A stretch of DNA of 64,000 nucleotides from Malacoraja senta (Eukaryota): the NCBI GenBank assembly GCA_038087875.1, contig JAXLNO010000405.1, positions 1 through 64,000 on the forward strand, read 5' to 3'. The notes under the pieces were generated by a model. That model saw only the letters and a program-made list of their open reading frames with translations. It was not told the origin of the DNA and searched no databases. Of the stretch, positions 51,318 to 64,000 are shown piece after piece. The translations under genes were made by a program, and so were the position numbers. Numbering within the stretch: the first letter of the stretch is position 1; each line of letters opens with the position of its first letter.

Positions 51318-51830
51318 AATTTATTATATTTATATTTATTATTATTTATATTTATTCATATTTACATTATTTATATTTATTATTATTTATATTAATTTAA
51401 ATGTATTATATTTATATTTATGTATATTTATTATTATTTATATTTATTATTATTTATATTTATTATTATTTATATTATTTATATTCATTATTATTTATAT
51501 TAATTTATATTAATTATATTTATATTTATTATTATTTATATTAATTATATTTATATTTATTTATATTTATTTATATTTATTTTATCATATTATATATAAT
51601 ATAATACATATATATAATATATTATTTTATATTCTGATATTACTATTTATATTAATTTATATTTATTAGTATTTATATAATGATATATTATATTTATCTT
51701 TATAATACATATATTATTATATTTTAAGTATTGTTATTATATCATTTTTAGATTTATATAATGATATAATGATATATAACGATATATTATAATGCATATA
51801 TATAATATATACAATATATATATATATTTT
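51318..51830. repeat. AT-rich low-complexity tract
   Basis: Degenerate (TATTTA)/(TAT) repeats; similar tracts at 8850-9240, 46310-46465 and 52375-52600. Confidence 0.9.
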
Positions 51831-52372
51831 TTAATTTTTTTTTTATTAGAAGTACAATTGTATACAATCATATTTTCATAATGCATATTATGTACAGCTT
51901 CTTATTTTTATAATAAAGGAGAAAAAGAAAAAGAAGTCAGATAATGAAAAATAGAAAAATGTGAGATATATAGTGTGTGAAAAAGGAAAATAGAGAGTGA
52001 AAGAAGAAAGTTAAGAAATAGAAAATAGGAAAAAGAAAATAAAAGAAGAAAAAGAAAGAGAAAGAAAAAAAGAAGTAAGGAGATCTTATTTATAATCTTG
52101 ACCATCCCTCGCCCAGTCACGAGTTAGCTTTTACAATTGTGTTGCACCACATGATTCCAAATGGAGACCAACTTGTTGTGAATTGGTCAAATTTATCTAT
52201 TAGAAGGAATCGCATTTCCTCAAGATGTGCGGTGTCCAACAAACTTGCAATCCACATTTTGAGCGTTGGTATTGGTGTATTTTTCCAAAATTTCAATATT
52301 ATTTTTTTAGCTATTATTAAACCATAATTAAAAAATAATTTTTTGAGATGGATTCAGTTTATTCCCATCTTC
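51830..52372 (-). mobile_element. L1-clade LINE extreme 3' end
   Basis: YGLIIAKKIILKFWKNTPIPTLKMW on the minus strand; poly(T) on the plus strand. Confidence 0.8.
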
Positions 52373-54187
52373 AATATATACAATATAACATTTTATATTC
52401 TATTATTATTATATTTTAAGTATATGTCCTTTGTTATTATATCATGATGTGTAATCATTTATATAATTATTTAATATTAAAATATATATATATATATATA
52501 ATACATTGTATATCACTATATATTAAGTATTGTTATTATATCATTTTTAGTTTTATATAATTATATAATTGTATATACTGATACATTATATATAATATAA
52601 TACAGGAGCGAGCGTTATACAGTTGCGGGGGTGGGGGCGTCGACAGTTGAGCCGCCCGGGAGCGAGTGTAATACAGTTGAGCCGCCCGGGAGCGAGTGTA
52701 ATACAGTTGGGCCGCCCAGTTGTGATGGGGGAGCGAGTGTAATACAGTTGCGGGGGCGGGGGCGGGGGAGCGAGCGTCGACAGTTGGGCCGCCCGGGAGC
52801 GAGTGTAATACAGTTGAGCCGCCCGGGAGCGAGTGTAATACAGTTGCGCCGCCCAGTTGTGATGGGGGAGCGAGTGTAATACAGTTGCGGGGTGGGGGGG
52901 AGCGAGCTTCGACAGTTGGGCCGCCCGGGAGCGAGTGTAATACAGTTGGGGTCGGGCCCGGGAGCGAGTGTAATACAGTTGGGCCGCCCAGTTGTGATGG
53001 GGGAGCGAGTGTAATACAGTTGCGGGGGCGGGGGGTGGGAGCGAGCGTCGACAGTTGGGCCGCCCGGGAGCCAGTGAACAACGGCTTCTTCCCAGAGCGA
53101 GCGGGCGGGCGGGAAATAACGGGCGGGAAATAACGGCTGAGGGGACGTGGATCGGGCGGGAACGAGCGCGAGCGGCGACAGTTGTTCGGGGCGGGAACGA
53201 GCGTCGCCGGCGGCGGGGGGCGGGATGTTAACGGGCGTCGACAAAGGTGAGGAAATAGTAGTGTTATTATTCTGTCCTGAATGGGGTTTTATGTTTGGGG
53301 AGAGAGGGATGAGGGGGGGGGGGGGGGGAGAGAGGAGATGGGGATAGGAGTAAGGAGAGAGGGGGTGGAGTTAAAATCCCCACTGCTCTCACTTCTATTT
53401 TCTTTTCCAAACGTTACCGTTATTGACTTTCCCGTTTATATCCCCGCGGCGATCTGTCCTCAACTTCACAAAACTCACGTGTGGCGGCCGCTCGGCAGCG
53501 AGGAAACGGATCGACGGAGACACAGAGACATGGATCTCCTCTCCTCTATCTCCTCCCCCCTACCCCTCTCACCTCACCTCACCCCTCTCTCCTCACCCCT
53601 CTCTCCTCACCCCTCTCTCCTCACACCTCACCCTCTCTCCTCACCCTCTCTCCTCACCCCTCTCCTCCCCCTCTCCCACTCCCTTCACCTCCTCCTCCCA
53701 CCCCCTTTCTCCCCATCCACCCCTACCCCCTCTCCCCCTCCCTCCCCACTCTTCCCCCTCCCCCTCCCCCACCCATCGCTCACCCCCTCTCCCTTCCCAG
53801 TACCCCTTCCCATCCCCTCTCCACCCTTCCCCCAACTCTCACATCCCCTCTCCCCCCCTTCCCCCCCGCTCCCCTCCCTCTCCCCACACCCCCCCTCTCC
53901 TTCCCTTCCCCAATCTCTCCCCCATCTTCACCCTTCCTCCTCCCCTCTATCCTCCCCCTCTCTCCACTACCCTCTCCCCCCCTCTATCCTCCCCCCCCTT
54001 CTATATGCCATTATATTCAGGATGTGCTACAATACACTGACACAACCCAAAGTGTTTCAATGATTCACATCACTAGCACATTTTCAAAACACTGGCGACA
54101 CAATAATTATATGCGCATTTTAAATTTTTGGCATAATTAATAGGTGATCAACTTCTCTTTGCAGTCTTACATTCATGCTTTCCACCA

Positions 54188-55820
54188 GGTAGACAAAAGT
54201 GCTGGAGAAACTCAGCGGATGAGGCAGCATCTACGGAGCGAAGGAAATAGGCGACGTTTCGGGTCGAGACCCTTCCTCAGATTGATGTGAGGTAAGGGGT
54301 GGGGAGGCGGGAAGAAGAAAGGAAGAGGCGGAGACGGTGGGCTGAGGGAGAGCTGGGAAGGGGAGGATAAAGCAGGGACTACCTGAAATTGGAGAAGTCA
54401 ATGCTGGAGTGTAAACTGCCCAAGCGAAATATGAGGTGCTGCTCCTCCAATTTGCAGTGGGCCTCACTCTGGCCATGGAGGAGGCCCAGGACAGAAAGGT
54501 CGGATTGGGAATGGGAGGGGGAGTTGAAGTGCTGAGCCACTGGGAGATCAGGTTGGTTGTTGCAAACTGAGCGGAGGTGTTGGGCGAAGCGATCGCCGAG
54601 CCTGCGGTTGGTCTCACCGATGTAGAGCAGCTGACACCCAGAGCAGCAGATGCAATAGATGAGGTTGGAGGAGGCGCAGGTGAACCTCTGCCGCACCTGG
54701 AAATGTTAAGGTTCATTTTCTTAAAACAGACAACTTACAATAAGTTAGGTAAAACCAATACAAGCTTTAATGATCATTTAGCTAGAGAGTGCTAGGAGAT
54801 ACAAAGTCAAGTATACAGCAGATCCTTAACTCCTCCCAGGCCATCACTCTAAAGAATGAAGACATACACCATCTTTTTATACTGTTTTGGCAACATAGTC
54901 ACATGTTCATACAGAATGGCAGCAATGAAGTCTAACATATCAATCACAGCTCTACCCATTCAAAGCATGCTTGTCACTAATACAACATGCTATGGTTATA
55001 TCGATCACAAACTTTAGTTACAAAACCCCAAATAACAGGAAGTTAGTCAAAGGTCTATCATCTGCAGTACCTTCTTAAACAATGTAAGGATCCTTGTCAG
55101 TTGCCCACAGAAGTTTCTGCTAGCAGAGAATACCAATTTCTCAGGAAGCTCATCCTCTCCCAAGGCTTGTGTTTACAGAAGCAAGAACCTTCTCAGCAAG
55201 TACATCCCCTCTTACCATTGTCAATATCTTTTGCTTGGGCACAACAGGAAGCAGCTTGGATGCAGTTTGAATGCTGGCCTCCAATTTCCTGATTACCCAG
55301 CCCTTCTACACAACCCAATTTTCAAAGCTTTCGTTTACTCAGAACCCAAAACCCAAATTAATCTTTACTTAATCAAATACATAAAAGATTCCATTATTAG
55401 CTAGGATATTATCAGAAAGATTGCTTGGGACAAGGGCAACATTTCCTGCGGTTGCAAGGGAAAGTGCCAGGGGAGGGGGTGGTTTGGGTGGGAAGGGACA
55501 AATTGACCAGGGTGTTACGGAGGGAGCGGTCTCTGCGGAAAGCCGACAGGGGAGGAGATGGGAAGATGGGGCAAGTGGTGGGATCCCGTTGGAGGTGGTG
55601 AAAATGTCGGAGGATTATCTGTTGTATGTGACGGGTGGTGGGGTGGAAGGTGAGGACTAGGGGGACTCTGCCCTTGTTACGAGTGGGGGGGGATGGGGAG
55701 TGAGAGCAGAGTTACGGGATATAGAAGGGACCCTGGTAAGAGCCTCATCCTTAGTAGAAGAGGGGAACCGCCGTTCCCTGAAGAATGAGGACATCTCCGA
55801 TGCCCTGGTGTGGAATCCTC
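54188..55820 (-). mobile_element. Penelope-like element fragment with solo LTR (54704-55414, TSD GAAA)
   Basis: GIY-YIG ORF 54379-54696; inverted paralog of 41655-43030 with the same LTR at the same site. Confidence 0.85.
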
Positions 55821-56161
55821 CAGAGTCATGTTTAATCTTCTCCGCCAAATGGATACAGTTGTCACTATCAACCTGCAGCAAGAGCGGGGACCGCTGATGG
55901 TAAAGTCACATCCGTGATCCTGCAGGTCCCCCCCGCTGTAATTCCCCCGTCCCCCACTGGAGGGCAGGCAGGCAGTACCGGATATCCAGCAGCAGCATCA
56001 GCAGCACCACGTACCCGGGTCACGTGACAGTGGACGGGCAGGGTCGCCTCTGACGTCACCGCCCGGCAAGCCCGGGAAACGTCGGAGTTTAAAGGGGAGG
56101 GCGGGGAATTGGCCAACAATATTCCTGTCCCCAGTGCGGTGACGTTTACACCCCCAGATGT

Positions 56162-59100
56162 TCACACGACCACACTCAGTCCGGGTCTGGGTTCCTGCAG
56201 CGACCTCAGTTCCTTCTTCCCGGTCGGACCAAACTTATTCTTCTCCAGCCTGAAACAAGTGGAGGAATAAAGAGGAAATAAACAGATGAAACAACAGTGT
56301 CAATAACTGGGACTGGGGTTAATATTTCAACAACACTTACAGAACAAAATCACAGGAGAAAGAAGCCCGTGGATGGATGGATGGATCCCCTGATATTTCA
56401 TCACATTAAACATTAACAAACACTCACATGATCCGCTTCAGACTCGGGTGGTTCAGTATGAGGCGGCGGAGAGTGGGGACACATCGGTCTGTGAGGGAGT
56501 TGTGTGTCAGGTCCAGCATCGTCAGTGAGGGGTTTGTACTGAGAGCGGAGATGAGATCCTCGGCTCCAGACTCTGTGAGACCGACATTGTCCAGCGTGGT
56601 GATGAGATAGAGTGAGGGTGAGGGACACAGAGAGACAGGAGACGGTGCAAATCCCCAGTGTTTATCAGTGACACAATTACTGATCATATTAATGTTCAGT
56701 GTCAGACACCCACCCAGTGAGTGTAAACGCAATCTCTCACAGTTTGGGACTTACCACAGTATCTGTATTTTACAGTCCGGGTTCCTCAGAGCCGCAGACA
56801 CCAGTTTCACTCCGGAATCTCCCAGGTCTTTGTTGAATCCCAGTCTAAACACAAACAGACAGAGTAAGAAATAAACTGATACAAACCCCGGCCGGCGAGG
56901 CTGAGATAGACAACTTCTCCCAAACGGATATTTATGGAAACACCTCAGCACATTATTGAACAAATCTCTGTGGATGTGGTGTTTGGTGACTTCCACCATT
57001 TATTATCATTCCCCGACCAACGACCGGGAAATGTTCCCCGTGCAGAGAACGGCGGCAGGGCAGGGCAGGCAGGCAACAGGCGTGTCCCGGGGGGAAGGGG
57101 TCGATCACCGGTGACCTGGGGGAGCAGGGGTAAAATAGGATGGGTGCCCCCCCCCCCCCCCGTGCACAGTGACGGCCGCTCGGCCCCGTAGAAGGGCTGC
57201 TGGACGGAATAACAAAATAGTGAAACATGTTTACAGTTCAGTGTTCGTGTCAAACGGACAGTTACCTCAAGTGCTGACACTTGTGCAGAGCCGGTCCCAG
57301 CCGCTGGAGACCTTCACACTGAATGCGGCAGCTCTCCAGATTGAGGTATTTGATTGTATCACAGAGCCTGATGACATGAGACAGGACCGCACAGTCAATC
57401 GGGGTCAGTCGCAGTCGATAGAATGAAAGTGTTTCCACAGATCCCAGTGTCTGCTGAGCCAGTACAGGATTCTGAGACTCAAACAGGTAGTGCAGGGTGT
57501 TCAGGAGGCTCCGTTTACCAGCTTCACTCCCTGTGTTTCTAATCTGATGTTGAACCTCCTCGTTCACCCAGTCAATCACTCGGCAGATTGTTTCATTAGG
57601 AAATGGACCCAGAAACTCCTTCAGGATCCAAGCTGCCCGTGGGGAGGAGAGACCAGCGACAAAACGGAGAAATACTTCAAATCGCCCGTCTGTCGTGCTG
57701 TGGGCTTCAGACAGGAATTTCACGATATTCCCGGGATCTACAGTCAGGAATTGTGCGAGTGCGGCTACAAACTCTTGGATGGTGAGGTGCGGGAAGGTGT
57801 ACACCACGCTCCGGGCTGAATCCTCTCTCTCCAAAAGTTCCATCAGGAACCCGGACAGGAACTGGGAAGGCTGCAGATTGTATTTGATCAAATCTCCATC
57901 TGTGAACACAATGTTCTTCTCAGCCACTCCAGTGAAGGCCATCTGACCAACCCTCAGTAACACCTCACGTGGATTCTCCATCTCACGGCCGTGGTTTTTC
58001 AGGATGTTGTAAATAAAGTAGCAATATAGTTGGGTGATGGTCTTGGGAACTCGCTGCGGGTCCCGGTGTGTTTGTGTGAAGAAGGGGCCCAGTGTCAGGA
58101 CGAGGATCCAGCAGTAGGAGGGGTTGTAGCTCATGGTGTACAGGATCTCGTTCTCCTTCATGTGTTTGAAAACAGCTGCTGCCACCATCTGATCTTCAAA
58201 ATACCTGGTGAAATATTCCTTCCGTTCCTCACCATCAAATCCCAGGATTTCAGCCCAGACCCTGATCTTTGCTTTTTTTAGTAAATGTAACGCAGTAGGG
58301 CGGGTGGTCACTAGCACTGAACACCCTGGGAGCAGCTTGTGCTGGATTAAACTGTACACAATGTCAGACACTTTACACCGGGATTCAGGATCTGGGCACT
58401 GGTGCGGAGGTTCTGTGTCTCTCCGACTGTCAGCAAAATCGATTCTACCCTTGAATTCATCCAGACCGTCGAATATAAACAGCAATCCCTCTGGCTTCTT
58501 CCAGACCTCTCCTAGCATATTCCCAAAGTAAGGATACTGATCCAGAATCAGTTCCCTCAGGTTTACTCTGCAGTTAATAGTGTTCAAAAACCGGAATTTG
58601 AAACTGAAGACAAACTGGAAGTGTGGGTATATTTTCCCCGTGGCCCAGTCATGAACAATCTTTTGCACCATAGTTGTTTTTCCGATCCCCGCGACTCCGG
58701 CCACTGATGCTGAACTCCCAGGTTGGGATTTACTCCGGGTAAAGCTGCTGTGGAACAATTGATTTGTCCTGATTCTTTCCAGTTTTCCCCGGAGACATTT
58801 CTCTCTCCACTCTTCATGGTCCCGGCCTCTCGCCAACAGCTCATGTTCCACCAGTGTCCGATGTCGAACAGTGGAGATGATTGTGAGCTCAGCGTATCGA
58901 TCAAGCAGCTGGAAATCCTTAACCTTCTCCGACATCAGGATGGTGTTCACACTCAGTGTTTCAGTCCGTGCCCGCAGAGTCTCCTTGTGTTTCTGTTGAA
59001 CATCTTGCATGGGAACAAGCAGATAATGGACACATGGTAGGTGGCTCAACTCAAAACTCAACATTAAAATGAATGAGTTCAATGCCCTTCAATTAAATCA

Positions 59101-61653
59101 ATTCACTGACTCTTTGGTTATCTACCTCTTTGGTTACACTCGGACTATCCTTGATCAGACTTTCCTCGTTTTACCTTGCACTAAACGTTATTCCCTCATA
59201 GTTTATCTATACTGTAAATGGCTCGATTATAATCACGTGTTGTCTTTCTGCTGACTGGATAACACACAACAAAAGCTTTTCACCATACCTCAGTACATGT
59301 GACAATACACTAAACTAAGCTAAACCTGAATCTACAGAAAGAAGCAATCCATAGTGAATCCCCGCGTCAGTCTAACAATTGCTTAGCCTTTGATCTTCTG
59401 ATTTACAATTCTGCAAAACTCTGAACAGTTTCCGTATTACATCAATTCTAACAAGACATTGGTGTGAACTGTACATTTCAACATTCACCTTTCATATGAG
59501 AGGGTAATTCAGATAAACCGCTGATGATGTTCATGTATTCTTGTGGATCAGGACCTGTTCAAATCAACGAGCATTCATTAAACCAGACTTGAATAACATT
59601 GTTAACTCCAGCATTTCAATGTGATATTCAGTTCAGTGTGTTGATTTACCATACCGAGATCCTGGATTTCTTTCAGTATTTTGTCCAGCTTTGGTAATTC
59701 ATTCTGCATTTTCACAAAGGATTCCCACATCACCCGCCAAGCCCGGTTACCCTTCTCCATCACCAGACTGAGGAAGAGTGTGGAACTGTCTCTGCGCTTT
59801 CCCTTTACCACGAGCTCAGCGACCCTCTGTGAAGAACAACAATGAATATATTGAGAAGTGACTGAGACCATGCTAATGTGGAGGGAATTAGGTGTTCAGT
59901 GATGGGATATTCTGGTAGTTTTGAGCATAGTGACAGGCATTGATCTGCCTCTTCATACACCCATGACACTGTGCTGACAAACTGTGTTCTCCCAGAGTCC
60001 TGACAATGGGAAACTCGCTTCACACCTGGCAGTGTCCGAGAACACAGCAGAGTACAGCACGGGAACAGGCCATTCAGGCTGTGTTGAAATTGATGTGAAA
60101 TTAATCCAATTCCTTTTGGCCTCACATGGACTGCATCCCACTAGGAATGGACGTTTCCAGTCCAACCTGTATTTCTTCCTGCTCTGCATTATGAAGCTAT
60201 TATGTTCTTTCATCTACATTCATACCCTCTGTGAGCCCACATTCACTCATTGACCAGATAACATTTTTATTTCTATACCTACCCCAGTTTTACCCGATCA
60301 AAGACATTCCTCTCTTGTACAGTTCCTGCAGCTCATCCCCACCTTTCACTGCACATTAACTCGGCTTCTCTTCCCACAGATGCGTAAATAACTGACCTGC
60401 TGAATATTTTTTTAATACCGCAGATTTTAGCAAATGTACTTTTGTTTATTTTATTTGTCAATTGAATGATAAGCGAACAGTTTAATGTCTTAGATTAATC
60501 CAGCCAGCAGGTCAGACAGCATCTCTAAATACTGAGTAATTTTGTGCAGCACATTGTGTGTTTTTTTGTAAACCAGCATCTGCAGTTCCTTGTGCTTGTG
60601 CATAATACCCTCTGTGGTTTAATGAACTGAACTTAATGTGACCAGTGAAACTGATGACACTTTAGAAGTATTATCGGTTTTGATTCTGGTTCACAAGTTT
60701 ACTGCTCCCTGACCGTTGTGCTAAGATGCATGTGTAGGAAGAACAGCTGGATCAGAATGGAACATTCTCAGAAATCCCCAGGTCACAGGTTTCACTCCTG
60801 ATACCAGATCTACAGGACACAAACTGATCAGAGATCAGTGTCTCCATTGCACTATTCAGTGCGAGGTGAGCGGACTGTGTCAAACTTCGTCTCTTCAAAA
60901 GCAAATAGCAACAAAAATTGTTAAAGGTAAACCATGGCAATCTTTAATTGATTCGTCAGACGGGAGTGGCAAGATCTACAATGAGCACAAACGTTGCTCA
61001 GTGCTTCTCGGGCTCCATTCACAGAACAAAGGAAAGTTAGCACAATTATACATTTTTCTTATGTAAAACACTCCTACCAAATCTGAATATGGCATGATTG
61101 AAAGATTCTGCAGCCTTTCGGAATATAGGAAAAGCTGGGTCCAAATCAAGCTCATCCAATAACAAGTTATTACTTATCTATGGAGCGTCAGCTATTTTTT
61201 CAATCTTGGCTTCTTTATGGCCTTGAAAGAAGCACATGTTATTACTGCAGAATCCCATCTTAATGTCTTTATTGAAAAGACAACCTGTCCTCCATATTGT
61301 GTTCCATATAATTTACAAAGTCATTCAGACTTGGCACCGAACCATACTTTTGTTCTACTAGACCATGCTTTTGTAGAAGAACGACTCCATTTTAGATTTG
61401 ACTATTAGAATTGACTATTAGCTCTTCCCCCCAATGCCGTCAGTTCCATGACAGGAAACAGAAGTCACCGTGTTCCTTCCACGTACCCCGTGTTCTTGGT
61501 CATTGAAACATCCCTGCTGTCTCATCATGAATCCGAGACTTTTAACCTCTTCTTCAATCGCCTGTTTCAGTCTCTCCCGATAGAATTTTGTCAGCTGGAA
61601 CAATTGGTACTCGCTCCACTGTGTCAGGAGCTCAGAGTATGTAGGCGTTAGAT
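56162..61653 (-). CDS. NLR gene B (CARD-like, FISNA-like, NACHT, LRR; NLRC3/NLRP3-like family); first exon not identified
   Basis: Phase-compatible exons 61653-61487, 59826-59655, 59554-59489, 59003-57266 (open NACHT exon with GVAGIGKT and LFIFDGLDE), 56844-56755, 56595-56428 (acceptor reads AC) and 56249-56162 (TGA). Exon sizes 167, 172, 90 and 168 match gene A. Confidence 0.88.
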
Positions 61654-61784
61654 CTGTGTATACAAAGAGAGAAACTAAACACCATCTGAATCAGTCCCCT
61701 TGGCTCCCGCTACAACAGCAACCCTCATCCTGACTGTTCCTGCCCCCTAATTAGAATGACCAAAACAGAATATCGGAATAAGAC

Positions 61785-62310
61785 AATGTGCTGGAGGAAC
61801 TCAGTGGGTCAACCATCATCTCTGGAGAACATGGATAGGTGACATTTCAAGTCTGGACTTTTCTTCAGGCTGATTGTGGTGGAGGTGAGTGGGAAGAAAT
61901 GTGGACAAGAGGAGGGACAGGTCAAAGCCTGGTAAGTAAGGTGGATACAGGTGAGGGGAGTTTTTGATAGGCTGATAATTGGAGAAAGACCAGAGATGAA
62001 AAGATAGGTGTGAAATAAGGAGTGAAGAGTTGCAAATTGTGAAGCAAGATGATGTATGTGGAAAGGGAGAAGGGAGAAATCTGCATGAGGAGTAAAAATG
62101 GTTAGTAACCGGAAAGAGCGTAAGTGTTCGGCAAAACAGTCGCCGAGTCTGTGCTTTGTCTCGCCAATTGCCGACCATTGTAACTCTCTTCCCATTTCCA
62201 TAGCAACCTCACTGTCCTTGGACATACTCACTGGAGGAACAGCACCTAAAATTCCGCTTGGCTAGCCTACAATCCAATGGTATGAACAGTGAATTCACCA
62301 ATTTTAAGTA
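61785..62310 (-). mobile_element. Old Penelope-like fragment
   Basis: IGETKHRLGDCFAEHLRS peptide and a decayed CTGAAGA..GAAA tail. Confidence 0.65.
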
Positions 62311-63221
62311 ACAATCCAAAGTGCACACCCGCATTATCTCCCCCCCCCCCCCCACTCTCTCCGCTGTTTTGCATCAATTTCTCCCCTCCCCATTTCAATA
62401 TTCTTAAACAGAAAAGAACGCAAGTAAAATCAGTGATCATGCAGTACAATCTTTATTTCACCAGGTGGGTGTGGTAAAACTCTTTACAGTATGCAGATTA
62501 CAGACTATACAGAGTTCTCATCCCCACACAAAGGGGCAGTGATCTAATTACATATATATACTCCAATAACCAACGATTCAGCAATACCTTATCTACAGAT
62601 CATAGTACAGCCTCTTGCTTCTTAAGATTGACAGGTTCTTCTGACAGAGGAAGGGTTAACCATATATGGTTATATGAGGCTATATTTCTGCAGAACAAGC
62701 ATTTTGTTTTTTTCTACATTATAATCTTATAGAACAAAGGTTAGTGCCAAGAGTCTGAATCTGTCTAATGTTTATATTATCGAGGAGACATTCATGAAGC
62801 TGTGCTTGTTATCTCGCTTATGTTATTGGAAAGGGAACATCAACAGTTTGTTAGCTTTGTTAAGGTTGGTGCGTTTCGCTGGCTTTGCAATTTAATAGGA
62901 GAAGGTTAAAGCTTGTCTTAGTTTCAGCTGAATCCATTTTGTAAGTTGAAATCTTGTTTTTTTAACTTCCACACTGCCTCCTATATTCCTTTCTTTATTT
63001 TCACAATCTCCAAAACTCAATCCTTCTGCCAAACACCTGGATTTGATATCTCTAGCCTTTGTTCAACCACCTACCTATCAGAAAAAACTTCCTCAATAAT
63101 ATCCGTCTCACTTGCCAGGCTTTATGTTGCCGTTCCTCTCTGCCAGCTGACGGCTGCACTCTACAATCAGTCTGAAGGATCGGGGAGGCTGAGGCAGTGT
63201 GTGAGCAGGGGTGGGTTGGAT

Positions 63222-63980
63222 AGTGTGTGACCCGGGGTGGATGTGACGGTGTGTGACCTGGGGAGGTTGGGCCCCAGGGGGATGGGACAGTGTGTGACCC
63301 GGGGAGCTTGGGCCCCAGGGGGATGGGACAGTGTGTGACCCGGGGAGCTTGGGCCCCAGGGGGATGGGACAGTGTGTGACCCAGGGAGCTTGGGCCCCAG
63401 GGGGATGGGACAGTGTGTGACCCGGGGAGCTTGGGCCCCAGGGGGATGGGACAGTGTGTGACCCAGGGAGCTTGGGCCCCAGGGGGATGGGACAGTGTGT
63501 GACCCAGGGAGCTTGGGCCCCAGGGGGATGGGACTGTGTGTGACCCAGGGAGCTTGGGCCCCAGGGGGATGGGACAGTGTGACCCAGGGAGCTTGGGCCC
63601 CAGGGGGATGGGACAGTGTGACCCAGGGAGCTTGGGCCCCAGGGGGATGGGACAGTGTGTGACCCGGGGAGCTTGGGCCCCAGGGGGATGGGACAGTGTT
63701 TGACCCGGGGAGCTTGGGCCCCAGGGGGATGGGACAGTGTGACCCAGGGAGCTTGGGCCCCAGGGGGATGGGACAGTGTTTGACCCGGGGAGCATGGGCT
63801 CCAGGGGGATGGGACAGTGCGTGACCCAGGGAGCATGGGCCCCAGGGGGATGGGACAGTGTTTGACCTGGGGAGCATGGGCCCCAGGGGGATGGGACAGT
63901 GTGTGACCCAGGGAGCTTGGGCCCCAGGGGGATGGGACAGTGTGGGCCCCAGGGGGATGTGACAGTGTGTGACCCGGGAA
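63222..63980. repeat. 39-41-bp GC-rich minisatellite (GTGTGTGACCCAGGGAGCTTGGGCCCCAGGGGGATGGGACA)n
   Basis: About 18 tandem units visible. Confidence 0.95.
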
Positions 63981-64000
63981 GGGTGGGCACTGAGGGAGTG

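Noticed and set aside
63110..63170. Candidate upstream exon of NLR gene B (minus strand, CAG..GTGAG)
   Set aside because: Splice-like signals exist, but there is no ATG, the phase is not confirmed and there is no similarity to gene A's first exon.
63052..63990. ORFs of 236-312 aa on the minus strand
   Set aside because: Produced by a stop-free 39-41-bp minisatellite, open in all three frames.

Overview
Repeat-dense vertebrate DNA, most likely from a cartilaginous fish (skate or ray), inferred from the repeat families and the NLR gene type. Host genes: two convergent NLR-family genes with a death-fold/CARD-like N-terminus, a FISNA-like region, NACHT and LRRs. The + strand copy (18198-40511) has many frameshifts. 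The - strand copy (56162-61653, 5' end not found) has an intact NACHT exon. Their NACHT-LRR-downstream halves form an inverted segmental duplication around a 200-N gap. Mobile elements: a head-to-tail pair of Hero-like (R2-superfamily, RLE) retrotransposons at 593-6714, a young internally deleted ERV at 11811-17089, two solo LTRs, and CR1, L1, Rex1, Penelope, Helitron, Harbinger MITE and V-SINE copies, plus many minisatellites. The most striking observation is in the 3' UTR of both Hero copies. It holds the full hammerhead ribozyme core (GUA cleavage triplet, GAAA, CUGAUGA) with all three stems, but in a non-circularly permuted, pseudoknotted strand order, supported by three extra abutting helices (2489-2609 and 6449-6569). 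All pairings and identities were read by eye; no folding, alignment or database search was run.
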